Below are positions 52,601 to 61,973 of a stretch of 64,000 nucleotides of DNA, piece after piece. The notes under the pieces were generated by a model. The model had not been told where the DNA came from. It saw only the letters and a list, made by a program, of their open reading frames with translations, and searched no databases. The stretch's first letter is position 1. Each line of letters opens with the position of its first letter. This DNA is from Lingula anatina (taxonomy: Eukaryota > Animalia > Brachiopoda). Where the stretch lies: positions 7,502,001 through 7,566,000 of the forward strand of contig CM120649.1 in NCBI GenBank assembly GCA_051362555.1. Direction: 5' to 3'. The position numbers were made by a program, and so were the translations under genes.

Positions 52601-55600
52601 AGATAAAAGGGAAGCAAAATTTGCAAAGTTCAGTTCATGGTGAAAAGTAGGTCAAAGGTTAATTTTAAGGTCACATTTAGATTGCCAGTATATGACTTCC
52701 TATTCAAGTTCAAGAGTAACTATGGACCTATCTCTGCCAGTTTTGGAGATAAAAGGGAAGCAAAATTTGCAAAGTTCAGTTCATGGTGAAAAGTAGGTCA
52801 AAGGTTAATTTTAAGGTCACATTTAGATTGCCAGTATATGACTTCCTATTCAAGTTCAATAGTAACTATGGACCTATCTATGCCAGTTTTGGAGATAAAA
52901 GAAAAGCAAAATTTGCAAAATTCAGTTCATGGTGTAAAGTAGGTCAAAGGTCAATTTTAAGGTCACATTTAGATTGCCAGTATATGACTTCCTATTCAAG
53001 TTCAATAGTAACTATGGACCTATCTCTGCCAGTTTTGGAGATAAAAGGGAAGCAAAATTTGCAAAGTTCAGTTCATGGTGAAAAGTAGGTCAAAGGTCAA
53101 TTTTAAGGTCACATATAGATTGCCAGTATATGACTTCCTATTCAAGTTCAATAGTAACTACGGACCTATCTCTGCCAGTTCTGGAGATAAAAGGAAAGGA
53201 AAATTTGCAAAGTTCAATTCATGGTGAAAAGTAGGTCAAAGGTCAATTTCAAGATCACATTTAGATTGCCAGTATATGACTTTCTATTCAAGTTCAATAG
53301 TAACTACGGACCTATCTCAGCCAGTTTTGGAGATAAAAGAAAAGCAAAATTTGCAAAATTCAGTTCATGGTGTAAAGTAGGTCAAAGGTCAATTTTAAGG
53401 TCACATTTAGATTGCCAGTATATGACTTCCTATTCAAGTTCAATAGTAACTATGGACCTATCTCAGCCAGTTTTGGAGATAAAAGGGAAGAAAAATTTGC
53501 AAAGTTCAGTTCATGGTGAAAAGTAGGTCAAAGGTCAATTTTAAGGTCACATTTAGATTGCCAGTATATGACTTCCTATTCAAGTTCAATAGTAACTACG
53601 GACCTATCTCTGCCAGTTTTGGAGATAAAAGGAAAGCAAAATTTGCAAAGTTCAATTCATGGTGAAAAGTAGGTCAAAGGTCAATTTTAAGGTCACATAT
53701 AGATTGCCAGTATATGACTTCCTATTCAAGTTCAATAGTAACTATGGACCTATCTCTACCAGTTTTGGAGATAAAAGGAAAGCAAAATTTGCAAAGTTCA
53801 ATTCATGGTGAAAAGTAGGTCAAAGGTCAATTTCAAGATCACATTTAGATTGCCAGTATATGACTTTCTATTCAAGTTCAATAGTAACTACGGACCTATC
53901 TCAGCCAGTTTTGGAGATAAAAGAAAAGCAAAATTTGCAAAAATCAGTTCATGGTGTAAAGTAGGTCAAAGGTCAATTTTAAGGTCACATTTAGATTGCC
54001 AGTATATGACTTCCTATTCAAGTTCAATAGTAACTATGGACCTATCTCTGCCAGTTTTGGAGATGAAAGGGAAGAAAAATTTGCAAAGTTCAGTTCATGG
54101 TGAAAAGTAGGTCAAAGGTCAATTTTAAGGTCACATATAGATTGCCAGTATATGACTTCCTATTCAAGTTCAATAGTAACTACGGACCTATCTCTGCCAG
54201 TTTTGGAGATAAAAGGAAAGCAAAATTTGCAAAGTTCAATTCATGGTGAAAAGTAGGTCAAAGGTCAATTTTAAGATCACATTTTGATTGCCAGTATATG
54301 ACTTCCTATTCAAGTTCAATAGTAACTATGGACCTATCTCTGCCAGTTTTGGAGATAAAAGGAAAGCAAAATTTGCAAAGTTCAATTCATGGTGAAAAGT
54401 AGGTCAAAGGTCAATTTCAAGGTCACATTTAGATTGCCAGTATATGACTTTCTATTCAAGTTCAATACTAACTATGGACCTATCTCTGCCAGTTTTGGAG
54501 ATAAAAGGGAAGCAAAATTTGCAAAGTTCAGTTCATGGTGAAAATTAGGTCAAAGGTCAATTTTAAGATCACATTTTGATTGCCAGTATATGACTTCCTA
54601 TTCAAGTTCAATAGTAACTATGGACCTATCTCTGCCAGTTTTGGAGATAAAAGGGAAGCAAAATTTGCAAAGTTCAGTTCATGGTGAAAAGTAGGTCAAA
54701 GGTCAATTTCAAGGTCACAGTAAGATTGCCAGTTTATGACTTCCTATTCAACTTCAATAGTAACTATGGACCTATCTCTGCCAGTTTTGGAGATATAAGG
54801 GACTAAATGTTATAATTTTGGAGTTACCATAATGTGCCTTAAATTTCGTACAGAAAAAATTAATTAAAATAAAGAAAATGTCATTTTGGTCAAAATTCTT
54901 GAAATAGGAGATGCTCTGAAGTTTCAGAAGTTCAAATTTGAAGAAATAATGTCATTTTTGAACACAAGTTGTCTGCTTTGCCAAGCCTTATGTTTTATTT
55001 TTCCAGAGTTCAAAATTATTATCCATTACCGTACTGCACATTTTGCTTTTACCACCAATATGTACTTTTTGATACAGCGTAACTCGAAAACCGTATGGAA
55101 TACAAAAAAACCGAGACCACCTCCAGTGTTGGGCTTTCCATGCTCTACAAAATGCAAAAAAGAATGGGTCTCTAGCATTAACGGTTCCCGAATTAGAGAC
55201 AGTTTTCAGTTTCGGTATCTGATGGCCGCTACTCCCGTGAAAATGCACCGATTGACCCCAAATTCATGGAGATGAAAAAAAACCTGAAGGGTAACACTTT
55301 CCAATAATATTATTGGTTAAGTCTGTGTAGTGTCTGAATAACAGGGCAAAAAAAATTTTTTTCGTAAAAAATTTCATTTTTTTGAAAATTTTGGCCCATT
55401 TGACCTTGAAGTAAAGGTCAAAGGTCAAATCCAAGGGTATATTTGAAATCTACACATATGACTTTTGGAAAGCCGTCTATAGAAATTTTTCCCATAACTC
55501 CTTCCGTAGGGTAGATAATTAGCATTTAATTTTGCCATTTTTAGACAAGGGTGCATTGTAATGAGTGCCACACCCAGACCCCAATACCGACAAAGCCCAA

Positions 55601-57529
55601 ATTTTACGTGGAACGAGTTGAGATTATAGGTGACCTAAATCCATGAGATGGGTACGGGGGCCCTTACCGTCTAGGAGGAGAAGCGGTAACGGTAGCCGTC
55701 CGGCGGAGCCGGCGGAACGATCCGGACGGGACCGAAACCATGTGTACCGCCAGCGCTAACGCTGGTGGTACAATAATAGGGGAGCAATGTTATATCAGCG
55801 GGACAAACACCATATCAATCTAAGTAATAACAGGGAGCAATGTTATATCAGCGGGACAAACACCATATCAATGTAAGTAATAACAGGAGCATAATGTTAT
55901 ATCATTGCGATACTCACCATACCAATGTAAATGATATCAGGAGAGCATCAGCGGGACACACACCATGTTAGTGCAAGTAATAACAGGGGAATAATGCTAT
56001 ATCAGTGGGGAAACACCATATCAATGTAAGTAGCACAGGGGAGTAATGTTATATCAGCGGGACAAACACAAATATCAGTGTAAGTAATAACACAGGGATA
56101 TATAACAGATAAATACTATAACACTGGGAATTACAGCAGACAAAGTAGTATTTTACACCTGAGCAGTAGATGTGGTACTTACAGCAGAGTCTTGTGGTAC
56201 TCCATCACCTTCACCTCCAGCTCATCTGTCTGGTTGGGAACAAAGTGGAAGGTCTGCAGATAGGTGTGGTCCAGGTAGTCCTCCTCCAGGAAGTCACCTA
56301 TCTCAGCTGAAACACACAAATACAAACAGTTATACTTATGTGTGTGTGTGTATGTGTGTGTGTGTGTGTCTGTGTGTGTGTGTGGGGGGAGGGGTGAGAA
56401 AGAGAGAGAAAGAGAAGTCCTCCTCCATGAAGTCACCTATCGCGGCTAAAACACACAAATACAAACAGTTATACTTGTGTGTGTGTGTGTGTGTGGGGGG
56501 GGGGGGGGGGTGAGAGAGAGAGAGAAGTCCTCCTCCATGAAGTCACCTATCGCGGCTAAAACACAGAAATACAAACATATGCAACGAAATGTGTGTGCTG
56601 GAACACACAAATACGAATAGTTATAATTATCTGGCTGATTTAACTTATATGAGAGAAAGAGGAAGAGAGAGAGGAAGTCACCTGTCTCAGCTGGAATACG
56701 CAGATACAAACAGTTATAATTATCTAGCTGCTTTATCTTATATATATGAAAAGAGAGAGAAGACCTCCTCCAGGAAGTCACCTATCGCGGCTAAAACACA
56801 GAAATACAAACATATGCAACGAAATGTGTGTGTGTGCATGCGTGCGTGAGAGAGAGAGAGAGAGAGAGAGATACCTTGAGCAATGTAAGCTGCCAGAAGA
56901 GCTGCAGTGTTTTCATTACAGGGAAGGATGCCTTGGTTTAGGTCCCTCTTCACTTGTAAGGCAAACAAATATCTGAAACAAATTATAAGAACAATAATCT
57001 ATATATATTCAATTCAGTGCTATCTATCTTTCTGCCAAATAATGCATTCTTAAGAATAACAATGACACAGTGTATAAAATATAGATCTCCATAAAATCCA
57101 TAGATAGTTTTCATAACAGTAAATCAGTGTGGCATTTCCACCACCCATAAACATTCAATTGTGACCTTCACCTTGTGAACTCTTCCTCCAGGAGGCCAGG
57201 GTCTGGGGTGTAGAACTTGACACTAAACCTGAAGGTCAGGTTATGGTGGCTGCTCACCTGCTTCAGGATCAGCTTCTCTGGGTCTAGCCAGTACTGAAAT
57301 ACACAGGGCACACCTGTTAACTTAAACAATTTTCTACATATTTTACAAATAGTTATATAAGTGCCTTCCATAAAAGATTTATTTATTTTCTGAAAATGTT
57401 TCAAAAAATTTCCTGTCACTGTACCTGTACCCCATTCTGGCCGGTGAACTCCAGGTCGAAGTAGTCCGACTCCACCAAGTTGAGGTGGCGAATAACTTGA
57501 TCTCTGAGCAGACTTCCTGTGGCCTTGAC
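13555..57529 (-). CDS. FARP2: FERM, ARHGEF (RhoGEF) and pleckstrin domain-containing protein, FARP1/FARP2/Cdep-like; 25 coding exons, 5' end outside window
   Basis: Exons listed separately all have AG/GT ends with matching phases and sum to 5850 nt. Translations give FERM (YWLDPEK..., [22 protein letters not shown]), FA, DH ([29 protein letters not shown]) and two PH domains ([44 protein letters not shown]). Probably co-orthologous to vertebrate FARP1 and FARP2, so the symbol is nominal. Confidence 0.95.
15031..16600. repeat. 146-bp satellite array, about 11 units, inside HINE copy 1
   Basis: Unit starts at 15031, 15176, 15322, then every 146 bp. Confidence 0.97.
16843..17136. mobile_element. 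MITE, IS3EU-like (TAC...GTA ends, 6-bp TSD CATTTT), nested in HINE copy 1
   Basis: Perfect 26-bp TIR TACGGAAGCCGACTGGTGCCATATGT, extending further with a mismatch; CATTTT on both sides; empty site in copy 2 near 55039; five internal ATCTCGAAATTTCGAGAT palindromes. Confidence 0.85.
18705..19230. repeat. 28-bp minisatellite, about 18 units, abutting the HINE end
   Basis: ACCACTGCCAGACCTCTATATCAACATT. Confidence 0.95.
20322..20529. mobile_element. foldback MITE with about 65-bp imperfect TIRs
   Basis: CCTATTGTACTAGCAGGATCGATCT...CTAAATTGCATTTA pairs with TAAATGCAATTTAG...AGATCGAACCTGCTAGTACGATAGG. Confidence 0.65.
21063..21410. repeat. 35-bp minisatellite, about 10 units
   Basis: GGTAGTTCATGACTGGTTCCAAACCCCAAAACACA. 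Confidence 0.95.
22416..22422 (+). promoter_or_regulatory. candidate TATA box of the nested peptide gene
   Basis: TATAAAA about 400 bp upstream of the ATG at 22822. Confidence 0.35.
22822..23107 (+). CDS. nested secreted prepropeptide, coding exon 1 (signal peptide and acidic pro-region)
   Basis: AGCATGC start; hydrophobic [19 protein letters not shown] followed by HP; D/Q/E-rich spacer; consensus donor G|GTGAGT, phase 1. Confidence 0.8.
23958..24092 (+). CDS. nested prepropeptide, coding exon 2 (KR site and CC-x6-CC mature peptide)
   Basis: TTTCTGGTTCTAG acceptor, phase 1, in frame with exon 1; [44 protein letters not shown]; donor G|GTAGAT. Confidence 0.75.
24954..24961 (+). CDS. nested prepropeptide, last coding exon (Glu-Gly-stop, amidation signal)
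   Basis: Long pyrimidine tract TTTTTGTTTTTTCTTCTCTCCAACAG, then AA GGC TGA in phase 1. Confidence 0.6.
25730..25922. mobile_element. degenerate foldback MITE related to 20322-20529
   Basis: TTTTAGATCGA...GGGGATTCAC.CTAAATTGC left arm with a complementary right arm ending GATCGATCTAAAA. Confidence 0.5.
26855..27006 (-). CDS. FARP2: FARP exon [15 protein letters not shown]...[23 protein letters not shown]
   Basis: 152 nt, second PH domain, phase 0-2. Confidence 0.97.
27152..27273. repeat. dispersed repeat fragment, second copy near 61251-61365
   Basis: Shared TGATCACGGTCTGTGC.CTGAATA.CCCGC.GCGTAATTACTGGCAGC.CGAGCCAGTTACT. Confidence 0.7.
27665..27885. repeat. old dispersed repeat, second copy near 61040-61245
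   Basis: Shared TTGTGAATTTTACAGAT...ATTTCTTAAAATTAG.ACATT.CTATT.AGTG. Confidence 0.55.
28078..28185 (-). CDS. FARP2: FARP exon [36 protein letters not shown]
   Basis: 108 nt, second PH domain, closely matching the FARP family consensus as I recall it. Confidence 0.97.
28458..28890. repeat. 54-bp minisatellite derived from a FARP exon end and donor, 7 units
   Basis: Units contain TCTCA(C/T)TTT(C/G)ATGGCTGTGTTAT, matching the junction at 28885-28907. Confidence 0.92.
28891..29036 (-). CDS. FARP2: FARP exon SSENIDVSD...[28 protein letters not shown]
   Basis: 146 nt, FARP inter-PH motif [11 protein letters not shown]. Confidence 0.95.
29309..29424 (-). CDS. FARP2: FARP exon [38 protein letters not shown]
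   Basis: 116 nt, PH C-terminal helix with Trp, phase 2-1. Confidence 0.92.
29489..30235. repeat. 46-bp tandem repeat with degenerate tail, interrupted by the Kolobok-like MITE
   Basis: ACCTAACACACTGTCACACCTAACAGAAACTTAACAAAATGTGAT units. Confidence 0.85.
29530..29867. mobile_element. MITE with TTAA TSD, Kolobok-like (AG...CT ends), copy 1
   Basis: TIR AGGGATAATAACTCTTCGT / ACGAAGAGTTATTATCCCT flanked by TTAA; neighbouring repeat units show the empty site AACTTAACAA. Confidence 0.85.
30259..30431 (-). CDS. FARP2: FARP exon [11 protein letters not shown]...[12 protein letters not shown]...RCLLVAA
   Basis: 173 nt, first PH domain. Confidence 0.93.
30652..30720 (-). CDS. FARP2: FARP exon [23 protein letters not shown]
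   Basis: 69 nt, start of first PH domain. Confidence 0.95.
30992..31063 (-). CDS. FARP2: FARP exon [24 protein letters not shown]
   Basis: 72 nt, DH-PH linker. Confidence 0.93.
31439..31497 (-). CDS. FARP2: FARP exon [19 protein letters not shown]
   Basis: 59 nt, phase 1-0, CAG/GTAAGT. Confidence 0.88.
31973..32023 (-). CDS. FARP2: FARP exon [17 protein letters not shown]
   Basis: 51 nt, phase 1-1, DH HPD motif. Confidence 0.9.
32203..32389 (-). CDS. FARP2: FARP exon [11 protein letters not shown]...[27 protein letters not shown]
   Basis: 187 nt, DH conserved region 3. Confidence 0.95.
32670..32751 (-). CDS. FARP2: FARP exon [27 protein letters not shown]
   Basis: 82 nt, DH motif RIGDIML, phase 2-0. 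Confidence 0.93.
32895..33573. repeat. tandem repeat of about 90-100 bp made of a FARP exon 3' end and donor, 7 extra copies
   Basis: CTTACCACATGGCCAGCCTCTGTTCTATTTCCTTCAG recurs, matching the true junction at 33570-33605. Confidence 0.95.
33574..33707 (-). CDS. FARP2: FARP exon WFRNAVSKD...[23 protein letters not shown]
   Basis: 134 nt, DH domain, phase 0-2. Confidence 0.93.
33990..34079 (-). CDS. FARP2: FARP exon [30 protein letters not shown] (DH start)
   Basis: 90 nt, DH conserved region 1 motif, CAG/GTAAG. Confidence 0.95.
34618..35103 (-). CDS. FARP2: FARP linker exon [12 protein letters not shown]...[15 protein letters not shown]
   Basis: 486 nt open, AAG acceptor after a pyrimidine tract, GTTTGT donor; runs into the DH-start exon in phase 0. 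Confidence 0.8.
35137..35200. repeat. (TATAT)n microsatellite
   Basis: Read directly. Confidence 0.95.
35461..35738 (-). CDS. FARP2: FARP linker exon [20 protein letters not shown]...DIENIPEE
   Basis: CTCCAG acceptor, phase 1. Donor GAG|GTGGGG chosen because it gives phase 0 matching the next exon; an alternative AG|GTAATT at 35437 is out of phase. Confidence 0.7.
42640..42975. repeat. compound minisatellite of about 22-bp GGGTGAGATATCTGCATTGTGTT variants
   Basis: Read directly. Confidence 0.9.
43484..43905. repeat. 33-bp minisatellite, about 12.5 units
   Basis: TCTGTATATACCAATCACTATACTGTCCATATC. Confidence 0.95.
45422..48051 (-). CDS. FARP2: FARP giant exon, about 876 codons, Ser/Glu/Pro-rich and probably disordered
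   Basis: Acceptor TCTTACAG at 48052 is in phase with the previous exon; the 880-aa ORF is uninterrupted; a phase-1 donor GCA|GTAAGA at 45421 lies just before the ORF stop (45399). Confidence 0.8.
49879..49953 (-). CDS. FARP2: FARP exon [25 protein letters not shown]
   Basis: 75 nt, FA motif FRYSGKTQ spans the junction, phase 2-2. Confidence 0.93.
50393..50553 (-). CDS. FARP2: FARP exon [32 protein letters not shown]...SRGSSFR
   Basis: 161 nt, end of FERM and start of FA domain. Confidence 0.95.
50717..50872 (-). CDS. FARP2: FARP exon [52 protein letters not shown]
   Basis: 156 nt, FERM C-lobe, CAG/GTGAGT. Confidence 0.95.
51053..51140 (-). CDS. FARP2: FARP exon [29 protein letters not shown]
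   Basis: 88 nt, not in the ORF track, read by hand; FERM motif ELYG; phase 2-0. Confidence 0.93.
52297..55776 (-). mobile_element. non-autonomous Helentron/HINE element, copy 2
   Basis: Same ends and body as 14814-18700, without the MITE or the duplicated end; interrupts a 54-bp minisatellite. Confidence 0.82.
52504..54800. repeat. 146-bp satellite array, about 16 units, inside HINE copy 2
   Basis: Same monomer as 15031-16600. Confidence 0.97.
56183..56306 (-). CDS. FARP2: FARP exon [41 protein letters not shown]
   Basis: 124 nt, CAG/GTAAGT, phase 1-2. Confidence 0.93.
56875..56972 (-). CDS. FARP2: FARP exon [32 protein letters not shown]
   Basis: 98 nt, FERM central lobe, phase 2-1. Confidence 0.93.
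57172..57293 (-). CDS. FARP2: FARP exon [13 protein letters not shown]...[21 protein letters not shown]
   Basis: 122 nt, AG/GTGA, FERM motif VKFYxPDP. Confidence 0.93.
57425..57529 (-). CDS. FARP2: FARP exon (FERM N-lobe) [35 protein letters not shown]
   Basis: 105 nt, CAG acceptor, GTAC donor, phase 0-0. Confidence 0.9.
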
Positions 57530-58094
57530 CTGGAAACATAAGACTAACATGAAACCGTGATAGGGTGAGACTGGAAAGGAGGGGGGGCAATCAGGTATCC
57601 CTAGGGACATCCATCCCATGCCATATAAGACTAAGAGAAAGGGGAATAGGCATCCCTTGTGTTGTGATGTCTGCCCAATTTCATTTAAGACCGAGGGAAG
57701 ACCAGGTTTCCCTGGGGAAGTCTACCCATTTCATATAAAGCTGAGGTGGAAGGGACCAGGTATCCCTGGTGATGTCTGCTCCATTTTATATAAGGCTAAT
57801 TGGGGAGTGGACGGGGTCAGGTAGCCCTTGGATGTCTGCGCCATTTCGTAGGATGCTAATGGTGGAGGAGACCGGGTTTCCTTGGAAATCTCTACCCCAT
57901 TCTAGCTTCTCTGGAGACTAGCTATGCAGACTAGGTCTTAAGCCTCAGCTAACTTTAGGTCTAAAATGAGTTTGTCATCCCTTTCCCTGTAGAGAAGTAC
58001 ACAACACACATGACCAAATTATATATATCTACTAATTTTATTAAAAAACCACAGCAGATAAACTGCTGAGAACATCACATCCATTCAGAAACAT

Positions 58095-58341
58095 GGGATA
58101 AAAATTACACAGTACAGATATGAACCATGGACAAAAGTATATTGAAAACAGCTACAAATTTTATTCACAAACCACTGCAGATAAACTGCTGACAAATTAT
58201 ATCTATGCAGAAATGTGGGTCTTCAGTGTAAAAAGTGCCAGATGGCGTCAGTGGTGACAGTGGGAATCGAACCCACAAAGTAATGTTATTCGGACATTAT
58301 GAAACCCATTTTCAGCAAAGTAACCACAAGACTAGGCTGGC
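58095..58341 (-). mobile_element. tRNA-derived SINE-like element, copy 1
   Basis: Minus-strand head with A-box-like TAGTCTTGTGG and B-box GGTTCGATTCC ending CACCA; no complete cloverleaf; body shared with copy 2. Confidence 0.6.
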
Positions 58342-58710
58342 ACATGAGTAAACAAAACAGAACTTTAATTTTATATACACAACAATGACAAGCAATCAAT
58401 AGTTACAGGACCTGGTGTAAACAAAATAAAGTACAGACAGTAGCAGAATACTGTGAGCAGACTATACATACTTTTTCCCATTTCCATAATGTAGTTTTAA
58501 ACATGAATGAACAAAATGATAAAATGTATATGCTTAATAAGACCTTCAAGCTAATCCAAAAGACTGACATAACATGATGTTCATCTGATATTTGATTGTG
58601 TTAATTTTCAGTATCAAAGACCCAAGGTATTCAGATAAAGTGTTAAGTTTGAATTGGCATAAATTCCCAGTCCATGTAAGTGTCAACACTCGAAATATAA
58701 CCTAAGCACA

Positions 58711-58957
58711 GGGATAAAAATCACACAGTAGAGGTATGAACAATGAACAAAAGTATATTGAAAACAACAATGGATTTTATTCACAAACCACAGCAGATAA
58801 ACTGCTTAAAAAATCACATCCATGCAGAAATGAGGGTCTCCAGTGAAAAAAGTGCCAGATGGCGTCAGTGGTGACAGTGGGATTTGAACCCACAAAGTAA
58901 TGTTTAACAGACATTATTGAAACCATTTCAGCGAAGTAACCACGAGACTAGGCTGGC
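58711..58957 (-). mobile_element. tRNA-derived SINE-like element, copy 2
   Basis: Diverged direct repeat of 58095-58341; B-box GGTTCAAATCC. Confidence 0.6.
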
Positions 58958-59514
58958 ACATGAGTCATGCCAGGTAAACTTTACCATTCTATACGCAACA
59001 GTGCTGTGGCGCAATCAATAGTCATGTGACCTTGTGTACACATCAGCTGACCTGCTACACAATAGTAAACAGCCGAGTTTGTATACACTCTTAACTATAC
59101 ACAGTGCAGGGCCTAAGGCCACAAATACCCATGCTTCTACACTCAAAAAGAGCCGATTATGGATCAGCTGGAATGCCTCTTGTATAAATACATAGAAATA
59201 CACATCAGTAATAACCAATATAAAAAATATAATAATTTTAATAATTTTATACATCAGTTATTCACAAAAGACCAGTAAGCTTGATCGTGAAGGTCCCAGT
59301 CAAAGATCACCATGCTTATCTTCATGAAAATATCTGAATTGTGAAAGCAAATCTCACTTAATCCTTATCTTCATACTATAAATCTTATAGATGGCTTATA
59401 ATCATGAGAGGGGGGGGGGGGCATTTGAACTGACAGCTCATCTTTTACATTGCCCCTTCAAATCGCTGGCAACCCTCATTGAGAATATCAGATCATGTTT
59501 CTTAATCTTTACTA

Positions 59515-59604
<90 letters not shown>

Positions 59605-61519
59605 ACATTAGGGTGACAAGCCAATATTTGAACACAGACATTTAGTAAATTCACTACAGCCAGAACTAGTTAACAATTCAGATGAAGCCTCAGCAATGAA
59701 AGGACAGGTCAGATAGTGGATTACATAGTTTTATTTGACATTTAGCAGAATTATATCACCAAGTTTTATTTGACATTTAGCAGAATTATATCACCAACGA
59801 GGAAGATGTGACGATTTAATGCCTTTCCCCCTTTTTACATTACTATCTTATATATTAATGCGTAATTTATTAGGCTGCTCTATCAGATACATCAACATTT
59901 AAGATATTGTAATGGCAAGACTCACTTAAGTTCCTCATTAGGACAGTAATTAACATGGAAATTAATTTTATTAATCATCAGTTAACTAGCATGTAATATT
60001 GTGGTAATCACCAGTGTAGTACAACATTGGATAGCATCTGAACATGAAGTTCTCGAGATACTGAGCTTGTACATGGTGTAATCAAAACTAACCTCAGATG
60101 TATCTACATATCTTTAATGTTATTAGCTATTAAAGTGAACAGAGCTATGGAGTTCTCTGTACAGAGAGAGAACTGTAGAAGACCACATTGATTATAGCAG
60201 ACATGACCCTAGGTTTCAAAAAAAAAAAAAACAAAAACAAAAACATCTATCATGGGACCCAACACCTAACCTTGAGGAATCACAGGAGCAGTCAGAATTG
60301 AATTAAAAAAACATGGAATTCTGCTTTTCCACGGAAAAAGCTCATGTGGGCTACAGTGAACACAGAGCGAATTGTAGAAAACCCAGTTATGAAAGTAAAT
60401 AGAGCTATGGAGAACCCTGTAGAAAGAAATGACTGTAGAAAGTGGGGCCACAGTGATAACAGTGAACAGAGCTATGGAGTACCCTGTAGAGAGAGAGATG
60501 GCTGTCAGATACAGGGGAGATATCATCTGAAGACCCCATCATGTAGATCACAGCAATCGGCACTAACACCACTCCTGTGCAGTAATTAGAAGATACCATC
60601 TCTTAACCGACCACAGAATACAATCTCTTCAGGTCAGCTAGCAGAGATAATTGATGGTCACTTCTATTGTTGGACATAAAGGACATCTAGTTTAATATGA
60701 AGTCATTCAGTGTTGGTCATTACTAGCAGTGGTGAAAAGAGGAAAACAAGGACTGTATCTTTGTCTTCTCTCGTGAGAGAGTGGAGTATAGGGACACCAA
60801 TGTAACCCCATTGCTAAAAGAGCGAAGTGAAGGAACAGCCAGCTTCCTCCTCTTTCTATGTTCTAAGACAGGTAAGTGAAAGAATGTTCAGCAAGCTACT
60901 TCATCTTTCTATTTTCTAAAACAGGTAAGTGAAGGAACAGCAAGCAGTCTCATCTTCCTATATTCTAAGACAAGTAAATGAAAAACCAGCCAGCTACCTC
61001 ATCTTTCTATACAGTAATGACTTGACCTTTTCAGTGGTGAAATTTGTGAATTTTACAGATACTTTTTTAGAAGGCATTATTTCTTAAAATTAGAACATTT
61101 CTATTTAGTGATATCAACAAATTAAAAACCAGGCTTCTCCATAGTTTTATTCTATGTAGTAAAATCACCTCAAATGCTATAAAGATATAAATTGTGTGAT
61201 AAAATTATATATCTGAAAGTTAGATAACTTTAGCCCATGGAAAAGATTAAGGCTTCGTTCACATGCAATGTCTATTTTCTATTTTCTATTTTCGGTATGT
61301 CTTATGATCACGGTCTGTGCACTGAATATCCCGCCGCGTAATTACTGGCAGCGCGAGCCAGTTACTTATAGTAACTTATAGTTATAAGTTATAACCGTAT
61401 TCTAAGACAGGTAAGTGAAAGACAGCAGAATCTCCAGCAAAATGTTTTAATATATACTGAGAGTCAATGAAAACGCATTTATTTATCAAATAATATTTAG
61501 AGTTCCTTTGGCACATTAA

Positions 61520-61820
61520 AGGGATAATAACTCTTCGTATGATATCTTTATTTCACAGTAAAAAACATTGTGAACAACTCATGGAAATACAATATATTCT
61601 GTTTTACAACAAAAACAGCAGTTATAGCTATTATTCTGATACCTGAGCTTGTCTTCAGATCACGTGACTTCCATTGACAAAAAAACAAACTTTTTTAGAA
61701 AAAACCAGGGACTAACTTTGAATGTAAAAATGGATTCATTAACCATTGCTTAGTATGGGAAAATTGTTGTTTACTCCAGGAAAATTCATTTTTTGACCAA
61801 AACGAAGAGTTATTATCCCT
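61520..61820. mobile_element. MITE with TTAA TSD, Kolobok-like, copy 2
   Basis: Same TIRs, TSD and body as 29530-29867, about 37 bp shorter internally. Confidence 0.85.
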
Positions 61821-61927
61821 TTAAGAAAATAAAAGTTTTAGTGTGAAATATGAAATAGTGGTCAGTCCCCTCTCTTATGACCAAACAAGTGCATTTGTAC
61901 TCATTTATATGGTTGGAATCGATTCTC

Positions 61928-61973
<46 letters not shown>

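Larger units (their letters stand above)
51655..56090. repeat. 54-bp minisatellite split by HINE copy 2 (51655-52298 and 55774-56090)
   Basis: GGGGAGCAATGTTATATCAGCGGGACAAACACCATATCAATGTAAGTAATAACA on both sides, in register. Confidence 0.93.

Noticed and set aside
52783-54110. Three near-identical 101-aa ORFs, and the ORFs at 17008, 17876 and 54886
   Set aside because: Chance frames in the satellite and HINE body; no Rep, helicase or transposase motifs
58252-58341. Functional tRNA gene
   Set aside because: A T-arm and B-box are present but I cannot fold an acceptor stem or anticodon arm, and the two copies have diverged with indels
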